Below, piece after piece: positions 53,931-64,000 of a DNA stretch of 64,000 bases. The DNA comes from Callorhinchus milii (Eukaryota). Each line of letters begins with the position of its first letter. Position 1 is the stretch's first letter. The stretch lies in the NCBI RefSeq assembly GCF_018977255.1, contig NW_024704742.1, positions 35,280,001 to 35,344,000 of the forward strand, written 5' to 3'. Under the pieces are notes generated by a model. That model worked only from the letters and a program-made list of their open reading frames with translations. It was not told where the DNA came from and did not search any database. Both the position numbers and the translations under genes were made by a program.

Positions 53931-55424
53931 GGAAGGGCTTTGGCTTCAAATACAGTCACTAAATATCAATTATTTGTGAAGCTCTTTGAAACATTTCAGT
54001 GTTTTAGGTAGATTATCAGATGTAAGGGTTATTAACATTAGAAATGCTTCAACAGCACTGACCCAAATATCTCATCTTTATCTACTACTTATATCATATT
54101 TTTGTTTATTGTTCTATGAATGTCAGTCTTGTTTTTTCTTTGCTGAAGATATACTTTAGTGTCAAAACTAAAGACCCAGATGGGTAATTTACTACATTTT
54201 AATTTAACAGGTGGACTTCAGCCAGACTGCTTTGACCTTTTTCTGATTGTCTTTCTTGTGGAGACATATTTTATGTATATTTCCACATTTCTCCGATGAC
54301 GCCATAAAATGTTTAAGTAGAGGAGCTGAAGGTGGTTTGAATAATTTGGGCTCTCAACCAGTGGTTTTCTGAGACTTATCAACTGAACATCTGGTTGCGA
54401 AACCTTATCAAGCCCACCTACCTCACTGTTGAAACAATCAGTGGAACCTGCTGTCAGGATTGTCAGAAACACCTGTTAATTCCTGTTTTATTAAAGAAGT
54501 TTGGAAGCTCAGTGCTCCAAAATGTTCTGTGGTTTCCAATTCAGAGCTTAATTTAGACCCACAATAATGATTGCTACCTTGCTTCAAGCCTCAAGCCAAA
54601 GTTTCTCACCTGGAAGCCTTTTTTAAATCTATTTACATGTATGTGCCAAAATCCACCCTCTGGTGGTTAAAAAGCCCTCCTTAATATTGCAGAAGAATTG
54701 GGTAGTTCTCAGACCCCATCCTAAATATTTCCCAACAATATTATGGAACTAAAGCCAAAGAAATCCTGTTAAAGAACAATACAGTACAGTATTGGTGTTA
54801 CCATTTGACTGGGAATAAATTGTTGTCCACAACTAGAGGACACTCCACATGCTCCAATGCTGATCACCGGAAGATATATGGTGTCACCTGCTAAGGCATA
54901 CTGGAACATCTTCCCTTTGGTGTCTTGTTTTCAGGATTACAAATGTGAATACATTTGAAATGATTCAGACAGTTATTGTGAATCAAGAACACTGAGAGTT
55001 CATTTTGCTATTGTTTTTTTCGCTGCTCATAGTTGAGTCACTTTTATTTGCACAATGTTGCCTTATTCAAGTGGCAAGGCATAAATGCATACTCTGTACT
55101 TGTTCCTCACCTTTTCGTATTAACAGTGATTCTACGGGGAGAAGAAACAGCATTCAAGATGGATGTAAAAGAGAGGAATGGAGAGCAGCATCAAGGTCTC
55201 GAGGTTTGTCTGGATGCACATGGGGATTTGCTATTGGAAATGCAATTTTCATCCAAAGATGCTTTTGCCATTATTGAAATGCCACTTAAGCTGCTATTTC
55301 CCTGACAGGTTTTTAGTGTCACATAATTAATGGGAGGCAAGAACACCTCCCTAGTTCATCCCAATGTGTGGGATGAACAAATTTCATCGCACACATTGAA
55401 ATGAGAATTAATGTTGCCATTCGT

Positions 55425-55790
55425 TAGACTGCAGAAAGCAGTAAATAAGGCAAATGGGCTGCCGGCCTTTATTAAAGAGGTCTGGAATATAAAAGTAAGG
55501 AAGTGTTCCTCCCATTATATAGAGCTCTGATCAGACCTCATTTGAAGTGCCAATCTTATAAAGCATATACTAACCTTGATGGGTGTCCAGCAATGGTTCA
55601 CCAATACCCGGGCTGAAGGGGTTCAGCTATGATGAGAGGCTAGCTGGACTGAGCAGAGTGCAGAGGAGATTAAGGGGCGATTTGATTGAGGTATTTAATG
55701 GAATTAGAAAATAGATAGTGAATGGCTCTTCCTTCTATTGGATTGATCCATTGCAAGGTGGCATAGCCTTAAAATTACAGGTAAGACAGA
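55425..55790 (+). mobile_element. Decayed CR1 ORF2 fragment
   Basis: 'tatatagagctctgatcagacctcatttgaa' (LYRALIRPHL) and 'aggagattaaggggcgatttgattgaggtattt' (RRLRGDLIEVF). Confidence 0.8.
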
Positions 55791-55811
55791 AGAATGTGAA
55801 AATGTAACATC

Positions 55812-55922
55812 ATAATAATATAATAATAATCCTTGCATTCAATATAGCGCCTTATCACATCTTTGAGACGTCCCAAAGAGCTTCACAGAATATACTTTAA
55901 AGTGAATTGACTGTATATTTTT
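55812..55922 (-). mobile_element. SINE 3' tail fragment
   Basis: (TAA)n + 'ccttgcattcaatatagcgccttatcacatctttgagacgtccc'. Confidence 0.85.
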
Positions 55923-56157
55923 TAACAACAACTTTCATTTATATAGCACTAGCTACGCTTGCAACCAATGGATCCAACATAAACACTGTGTGTAAACCTT
56001 AAGCAAAACTGCCGTACATGTGCAATGAGCTTGTTTGGGTTATAGCTCATCAACACTAGCAGATCCTATCAAAGGGTCATAGCTCATGACGATAGAAGAT
56101 CTTATCAAAGCTGTATTAACCGAAAGGGTTTACTGCGTGATCCGGCAGGTCCTCAAG

Positions 56158-56884
56158 TTATTGCAAGGATTCCATGTAGACGACATTTGCAGTTTTTCCT
56201 CCTTTGGCGATGATATACAGGTTTGAGATGAACCGACATGTGAGCATCCAAGATAGAATTTGTCCATGGGAAAAGCAGAGTGTATTGAAGAAACGGCCAG
56301 CAATCTTTAATCTCTGCCCCTGTGGCTTGTTAATTGACATGGTAAAGCACATTCGAACAGGGAATTGGAGCCTTTTGAACTCAAACAAGCAATAACTTCG
56401 GAGCAGTGGGATGCAAAGAGTGGGCACATACATTCGACATATTCCCAATATAATGGGCGCCATCTGATTCATAGTCTCTGCCTGGATCATAGTTGAGCAC
56501 AGCTAAATGGAGTGACCTCTGCTGCTGGGTGCTGTTTTGCCATGTTCTTGCATACCTTTCTGTGTCCAAGTCCAGCCGAACTGTTGTTTGAGGGAGCAAC
56601 TAATTTTGCCATGTTCTTTCAGTCCTTTCTGCGTCCAAGTCCTGCTGGTTTGTTCTTTGAGCGGGAAACTCATTTTGCCGCGTTCTTGCAGTCCTTTCGG
56701 CATTCAAGTCTAGCCGTGCTGTTCTTTGAGTGGGCAATTCATTTTGCCTTGTTTTTGCATGCCTTTCTGCATTGAAGTCCAACTGTGCTGTTCTTTGTTC
56801 TTCAGTTTCATTTAATCGGCCTTCTCTCTTTTGCCTGGCATTTTTATTTGTCCTTGAAATGCTTGATCTTCGTTTCTTTGGCAT
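56158..56884 (-). pseudogene. Truncated Helitron RepHel gene (N-terminus joined to the Pif1-helicase C-terminus)
   Basis: MPKKRRS..ETEEQRTAQL repeats..NYDP..IGNMSNVCAH (in-frame stop at 56600-56602); a second frame reads IPLL..FEFKRLQFPVRMCFTMSINKPQGQRLK..CFSHGQ..GKTANVVYMESLQ*. Confidence 0.88.
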
Positions 56885-56915
56885 CTTTATCCCTTAAGAT
56901 TAAGAAAATGTGCTA

Positions 56916-57016
56916 TTGGGAGGACGCCTGTTGGGAAGACTCTTGGTTGGGAGGACTCCTCCTGGGAGGACACCTGGTTGGGAGGATTCTTGATTGGGAG
57001 GACTCCTGGTTGGAAG
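56916..57016. repeat. 15-16-bp minisatellite in the Helitron 5' region
   Basis: About 6 copies of 'tgggaggacwccyggt'-like units. Confidence 0.85.
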
Positions 57017-57294
57017 GACAAGACATCTTGTTGGAGTCCACACATGTGTGATGAGCTTGTTTAGGTCAGATCCCCGAAAAAAATATGCCTGTGACACTCC
57101 CCCTTGCAAGACTTTTCCAATAAGAAATAAATCATGTCTCTCAATTGGTTATTGGAGAACAGACAAACACACAGACAAACATTTTGTCTTTATTAGTATA
57201 GATATAGCCCTTCAGCGGGGTAGTGTCCCTGAGAGCTTGATTTGAAGTGCCAATCTTCAAATGTAGAAAGCTCTGACACAGAAAGCTGTAGAGC

Positions 57295-57480
57295 TATAAT
57301 AATGATCCTAATAATTGATATAATACCTATCATGTCAGGAGGACATCTCAAAGCACTTTGCAGGATTTATGATAAAGTGTAGCGACTGTGTTTTGTAGGC
57401 AAACATCGCAGTCAATTTGCACACAGCAATGTCCCACAAACAGCCATGGAGCGAATGACCAATTTTATCTGGCAGATTGT
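57295..57480 (-). mobile_element. SINE 3' half
   Basis: 'catgtcaggaggacatctcaaagcac...caatttgcacacagcaatgtcccacaaacagcc'. Confidence 0.8.
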
Positions 57481-59834
57481 AACCCCATGTACATAATGCG
57501 GACTTGCAAGAACACTACCCTAATGTGAGATTTGTGAACTTACCAGTTGATGTGAAACTTATGGGACATATAGGGTTGGTTCCCTGCATATAGCACACTT
57601 CATGTTCCGAGGCACTTTATCGTTCATTTTTGTCATTTATTCTGCTATTTCTCCTTTCAAGCACTTTTTGAATCCTACTATTTTAGTGCTCTCATGTCCA
57701 ATTCCCCTAAGAATAAAACATAGAATACCATTTGCTTTCTTCACAGCCTCATATACTTGCACTTCCATCGAGATTCCCCCTCTCCCTCTTCCTACTCCAT
57801 TAAGACTATTATTGTTTAGAATGTGTCCTTATTATCCTTTTACTCTTTAGAGGGAAACACATAGAACCAAAAGAGTAACTTTGAAGAGTAAACGGAGGAA
57901 TAAAGGGTGAAGGAAAATGGGACTATAAGATTCTGAAATTAGCTTGACATAAATTACCCTAAAGAGTTGTACTTTGATGCAGCTAGAGTTTCTTGTAATA
58001 TTGCGATGAGAGAACCACAAAAATTAACAAATTGTCAGTAAGTAGTCAAACCCAGCTGAATTGGGGATTTATTTCATTCTGAATGGATCTCAACTGATGA
58101 TTGTATGTAGCTAAAACCAATCCAGATTGAATGTAATCTTTGTTTTGGAAAAAAATCTTCAGTGGATAAATGGGAAGAATACACCTAGCAAGGCCATCTG
58201 CTTCTTCCTTAAGGATGCTGGGTTTAGCTGCCACCTGTAGACATTTTTTTTCAGGGCATTTAGACCCTCATTTTCTCCTATGAGTAAATGAGAGGAAATA
58301 TTTTGCAGAACCCCTGTAGATAGGTAACTGGTACCAAATGTTATTCTCTTCAGAGGTGATGACCAGTGAGCAGGTCACGTCCCAGAGTATTTCACTGTGG
58401 GTCTAAAGGACATCTGGACATCTGTCTTCTGTCACAGCACGCAGCTGACATTAGTTAAACAGTCTCAATTAGATATCAAAGTGCAAACACTGCAGAAAAG
58501 TCTTCATGATAACTACCCTGCCCATGCTGAATGCCACTAAAGACAGGCTTCGAGAGAGTCTATTAAAGAACAAATTAAATCATGCTTTTCAAAGATAAAA
58601 GCTGTAAACGCTACAATTCAGGTCAACATTTATAAATTACGGCGTCAATACAAAAGTGTTGGTTTATTCCGAGGTACAGTTAATACCTGACTGAGACTAA
58701 CAGATAGATTCACGAAATTCTGCCAATCTCACTGGGTACATGTTGATCGCCTATCAAGGCGAATTTTGGCAAATTGGCAAATGTCCTTTTTGTCTGCAAT
58801 ATAATTTTTTCATCAATCAAGTAGCGGAATCAGTCCTTTCTGTTTTACAGGCCAGTGAAAAGCTTTAGATATTGAAGATCAGATCACATCCCTCGTGATT
58901 TTCACATCCAAACCAGAAATGGGAGTTGACTGTGAATGCTTAAGCTCATCATTGGGCTGTTGCTTGAATGACAGACTAATAAATATCCAGAGAAGGAGAT
59001 TCCCTTTTGCTGGGTACTTCATAAAAATATATTTCTTCCAGTCCTTCAATTATACTTTTCTCTTAATTTGTGAAATGTGCAAATGTCGTAGTTTGCTTAC
59101 AAGTTCTCAAAGGCGTCTGCCAATTCAGCATAATCACTGTTAATAAATTACAATAATTTAATGACTCAGGGATGTTTTACATTTAGAAGAATGTACAGGA
59201 GGCAGTATTGCATTGATTCCTCACAGCATTTTTTAAGAAATTAATTGAGAAATCCTTAAATCCATGATGCGATTTGTAGGAATGTTCCAGATAGCATCAC
59301 GCTTCTGCTTCTGAAAGAAGCCCATTTGGATTTCTTAATTTAGAAAAATAGCATACGCTTGGCAATTTTTCTTGCAGCCTGGGAGGAATTAAACTATCCT
59401 TCAAATAGGATTAAATTGTATGTATACGTATATATTTTTGCTGAAACAATACGATGTAAAATAATTATTCGACATAATTCAATGAATTAATTATTGGTGT
59501 GATTGCAGATTTTCTATTAGGGCGATTTAATGCCTGTAATTTATTCACAGTGCAAATGTGCAGTAATATGCTTCGTACGTTCTCAAAAAACAATTATCCA
59601 TTGTCTAACAGTGCAAAGCCATGACTCCAATAGGATTATTCAATGCCTGGAGAATGACAATTGGTTTGTGAAAGAGGTAGAGATTGTTGATATATGATGG
59701 CTGTCCATCATTAGAAATTGCTTCAGTTTTGCTGTTATGGCAGATATTTATATTTCAGGAGCGCATTGGCTATTGCTTTATGAAAGCAAGAAGTAAGAAT
59801 GAAGCTTAGAACCTTCATGTTCCATATTTATAAT

Positions 59835-59945
59835 AATATTAATAATAATATTACTTGCATGTGATATAGCGCCTTATCGCGTTATTGAGACATCTCAAAG
59901 CGCTTCACAGGATATACTGTAAAGTGGATTGACTGTGCATATTTA
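59835..59945 (-). mobile_element. SINE 3' tail fragment
   Basis: 'cttgcatgtgatatagcgccttatcgcgttattgagacatctcaaagcgcttcacagg'. Confidence 0.85.
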
Positions 59946-62428
59946 CTCCCTTCCTCACCATTAAGTGTGCAACAACTTATTTTTCCACTGAAATAAAAAG
60001 ATTAAAAAGTCGAATCTTTAATTTAATTGTGTTCTCTTTCCTTCTTTCAACTCCCCTTCCCCAACTTGGGTTCTTAGTCAGCTGTACCTGAGGGGTTTTA
60101 AGAAGTCCTCCTGACTTGAAAGATGCTTTATAAATTTAAATTGTTCTGTTGTACTTAGAGGCATGGAGTTAGAGAAATATACAAGACAGTAAGAGGCCAT
60201 TCATTACTTTTTTTATGATAGTATTTGGTCCTCCAAGAAGCCACCTATCCTCACCAAATAACCCATTATGTAAACCCAGTTTGTTATGATATTTGTTCAG
60301 CAGATTTTTAAAATTAATATTTAGGAATATTATTTAACTCCTTCCATGATGACAGATTTCCTTAAAAAACAAACGCTTCATGTTTTAAATACGAAAAGAT
60401 TTTGGTCAGCATGTCTGAAATCTTCACAGATAATTATTATGCTTAATTAATCATCAGTCTCCATCCAGTTGGCCAATTATTTCTTCTATTGTTAATGTTC
60501 TTTTGATTTTTTTTCCACCACTCAATTGTGCCAGATGTTCATTTTGCAGCAATGTAATTGACAATGTTGGGAAGACTGAAGCTTACAATCTTGGCTGTGT
60601 TTTTTTTTAACTTACTTAAGATGATTTTTCAAAGTCCTGATGTCAAGCTTCCTACATACTAAAGTCATCACCTGCTCTCTGTTGCCAGCTGTTTTCCTGC
60701 ACTGACAGTCTCTAAGTGATCAGTTAGCATCTCTCATCTCCTGGGATCTGAGCACTGCCACTCAGTAGTTGCGAATGACTTTGTAACCCACAGCCTGAAT
60801 GCTATTCAAATTATGTTAAATTATTTCCACTGAACTGAAAAAGTCTCGGTTTCTACATCAGCACCAGTGCAGTCATGAAACAAACCAAATCCATTGCTTA
60901 TTTGTGTGGCCAAGATGCTGATGTATAAAATGTAAGAATTAAATAGCACAGCGGACTAATGGTAACAAGAGTGACGTGCTAACCAGATGGTTGTGGATCT
61001 GAATCCCAGGGATGTCAGTCGTCAGATCTGTCTGCCATATTTATACTGTTACAATTACTTCCCTCATCACTTAATCATAAGCAGAATTGACACCATATAC
61101 ATCCCAACAGAAGGAGGTCATATGGAGGTGAAATAACTTGTGTATGGGAGGGGGGAGGAGACCTAGAAAGAAAAATCTAAATAAAATGAATGAGTTCTTT
61201 GGAGCTATTTAATGGCATTCTGTGCTTTTTCAGGGCTGCAACCTTCTTGGTACCTTTGCAATGGGATTGAGGCTAAGATATGAATACTTAAATAGTATTA
61301 TATTTTGTCTTTCATATTTAAGTGTGCTGGAAATCATATTAAAATACAATCTCATTCATCTACGCTGCTTTGTCTTACTGTGCAAAAATGATTACATAAA
61401 GTAACATGCAAGAATTAGATTGGTTGCCATCAATTTTAACACAGTGATGTTGTTCAGTGAGGTAATCCAGGATACATGCAGACACTGAGCAAGAGACTGA
61501 ATTAGAGAGCACGGGAGAGGGTATTGAACAAATGATATTTTATTTCACATTCAGAGCATCTGAGGATTAGGCCAATCTCCCTTGTGCGCAATTGGCAGAT
61601 ACTATTTACACATGCACAAATAGCGTTCACAGCAGATGCCTTGCACACATTGTGATGCTCTGCCAAGCACAGGTGCAATGCAGTTTGTGTGTGGACCAGG
61701 AGAGAAGGTGTGCCATCTGGAACTGAGGCTAACATTTTCATCCTGTGCTGAATTTGTTAAATTCTGTCTCCCTCCATGCACAAAATGCTCCCAGTTTATC
61801 TATACATATGAGACCTACTGAAAGCAGATGTTAACCCTTTTTTTAAGATCAAATTAAATAAAAATTAAAGCCATGTTTCTGGAGATGGATTTTAATTGGT
61901 ATTGAGATAAGAGTCTATTGCCATTTTGCCCAAAGATTATTTTATTGGTCCCAGACAACTGACAGCACTACTCTGTAATCAGATGCTATGAAGTTCGGGA
62001 GAGAAGCACAGTTTGACTCAGCCTCTGATTTTATCTTCCTCTTTATTGAAAAGTGCTTTCACTCTGCCAGGATCTGTCCCAAACGATCAACTGAGATGAG
62101 TTGCTCACAAGGTGGGAGAACATTGATGCAAATTTACGTCCTAACCCTTTCACGGCACCAATATGAGGAATAATGATCAGTCACTATTAATAATAGTATT
62201 TATATTTGTTTATGTAATTCCTTATCATGTCATTTAAATATGTCAAAGTATTTCACAGGATTTTACTGTGAAGTGTTGTGACTGTGTACTTGTACTCTCA
62301 TGTCCACACACTATTGCCATTTCTCACTGGGTACAGGGACAGGGCATGTGCATACTACTACCATTTAATACAGTACTTATACGTCCGCAATTGTCTCAGT
62401 GAATAAATTGCATCTCTCTGTGTCTTTA

Positions 62429-63120
62429 TTAATAATAATCCTTGCATTTGATATAGCGCCATATCATGGCTTTGAGATGTCTCTAAGCGCTTCACAGAAT
62501 ATACTGTAAAGTGAATTGACTGTATTTTGTGGGTGAGACGCGGCAGCCAATTGTGCACAGCAGTGTCCCACAAACAGTCGTGGATTGAGTGACAGATTTA
62601 TTTTTAAGGAATTATTACCCTTGGAAAAGCAATCGAATGATCCAAGTGACTAACAAACAGGTTCCTACTTACTGCTAGGTAAACAGAGGTGTGTGAAGTA
62701 AGGAAACTTGCCCAGCATTTTGCCCTGACAGGAATCATATCCAGGTCTCTCGCCTGTAGCTCAGTGGTTCGAGCTCTCGGTTTGCAAGCGAGAGACCTGA
62801 GTTCAATTCCAGGCAGGGCGAAACCTTGGGCAAGTTTCCTTACTCTACACGCCTAATAATAATCCCTCCAAAACAAAAAAAACAATAATAAATTGGTCAT
62901 TTTCAATCTACGACTGTTTGTGGGACATTGCTGTGCGCAATTGGCTGCCGCGTTCGCCCACAAATATACAGTCAATTCACTTCACAGTGTGTTCTGTGAA
63001 GCGCTTTGGGACGTCCTCCTGACGTGAAAAGCGCTATATCAAATGCAAGGATTATTATTATTATTATGATTATTATTATTATTGTGAGGTGAGTGCTCTA
63101 ACCACTGAGCTACAGGGTAC
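62429..63120 (-). mobile_element. Long-subfamily SINE (host) whose tRNA head is split by an antisense SINE
   Basis: Body 62429-62753 ends 'ccaggtctctcgc'; the head resumes at 63084 with 'gtgaggtgagtgctctaaccactgagctacagg'. Confidence 0.88.
62753..63083 (+). mobile_element. tRNA-Ala-headed SINE, short subfamily B (young, nested)
   Basis: CpGs retained ('gccgcgttcgccc', 'gggacgtcctcctgacgtg'); long (ATT)n tail. Confidence 0.95.
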
Positions 63121-63239
63121 CACGAATAATGTTATAAGTCTGTTTGTCTACAAATACAGTCACTGCACTTTACAATAAATCCTGTAAAGTGCTGTGGGAT
63201 GTCCATGTAATGTGAAAGATACACTAGCAAATGCAAAGA

Positions 63240-63665
63240 TTAATAATAATAATCCTTACATTTGATATAGCACCTCTCACATGGTGAATTGGATGTCTCC
63301 AAGTGCTTCACAGGATATACTGTAAAGTGTAATAACTGTGTATTTTGTTAGCGAACTTGGAGGCAAATTTGTGTCCAGCAATATCCCACAAACAGCCATG
63401 AATTGAATGATTAATTTTATTTGGGGAAGGAAACTGGGAGAAATTCCCTGCTCTTTTTGAAAAGTATCATGGGATCTTTAACGTCCATCTGAACAGACAG
63501 ATGGGGCCTCGGTTTAATATCTTATTCGAATGACACCACCTCCAGAAACACAGCATTCCCCCAGCACTGCACTAGAGTGTAGCTTATCTATGAATTCAAA
63601 GTCATGTCGTGGGGCTTGAACGCACAACCTTTTGTCAAGTACGCTACCAACTGAGCCAGGATGAC
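63240..63665 (-). mobile_element. Full-length Deu-type SINE
   Basis: (TAA)n tail through 'gggatctttaacgtccatctgaacagacagatggggcctcggtttaa' to 'ctaccaactgagccagg'. Confidence 0.88.
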
Positions 63666-64000
63666 TCTTTATAGTATGAAACATAATCTAGCGAATCAAC
63701 AGAAAAAAAGAGATGTGCCAGAATTATTTGGAAATGAATGGGGTATATTTTGGAGGGGAAGAGGCTTTAAACTGCTAATTTTCAAATTGTATTTGGAATA
63801 GCAATGATAGATAATATCTCAATATCAAAATAATTTTTTAAAATCTTCTTTGTTCAAATCAGCTGTGCAAATAAATAATTCTTCAGTTTTCCCCACACAC
63901 TAGGGAACATAATATGTTCTTTCTCCACAAAATCCAATAATATGATTTTAACTGCCTTGTAATAAAAATGCTGTAAAATAATGCTGAATGTATTTCACAG

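Larger units (their letters stand above)
56056..57202 (-). mobile_element. Non-autonomous, internally deleted Helitron (rolling-circle transposon)
   Basis: Minus strand: 5' end A|TCTATACTAATAAAGAC at 57202; 3' imperfect hairpin gaccct-ttgat-aggatc then tgCTAG|T at 56056; inserted between A and T with no target-site duplication; carries RepHel N- and C-terminal coding remnants. Confidence 0.9.

Noticed and set aside
55949..55952. Alternative Helitron 3' end (CTAG|T)
   Set aside because: No clear adjacent hairpin, and it lies in a retro-tail-like sequence; the CTAG at 56056 has the hairpin and fits better
56916..57016. Regular short repeats superficially CRISPR-like
   Set aside because: No unique spacers and a eukaryotic context; it is a Helitron-internal minisatellite

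Overview
AT-rich eukaryotic non-coding DNA (large intron or intergenic region). The repeat content (Deu-type and tRNA-Ala-headed SINEs, L2 and CR1 LINE ends, a Penelope-type palindrome) points to a cartilaginous fish, probably a chimaera or elephant shark; this is inference. I could not support any host protein-coding exon, and most supplied ORFs are repeat-derived or random. The clearest elements are: (1) a 1.15-kb internally deleted Helitron with both termini intact (56056-57202, minus strand), joining the RepHel N-terminus to the last ~85 aa of the Pif1 helicase; (2) a Penelope-type inverted repeat with a degenerate minimal hammerhead-ribozyme core in its loop (~14.7-14.85 kb); (3) a CpG-rich, 5'-truncated Tx1-like LINE end (48.3-48.9 kb); (4) a LINE CCHC zinc-knuckle relic (53.1-53.5 kb); (5) many SINEs of at least three related architectures that share an L2-like 3' tail and often sit antisense inside one another; (6) a family of degenerate palindromic MITE-like elements. 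Several repeat-free, TAAT-rich stretches look like conserved non-coding elements but cannot be confirmed here. Boundaries of degenerate repeats are approximate. I see no convincing wholly new biological system.
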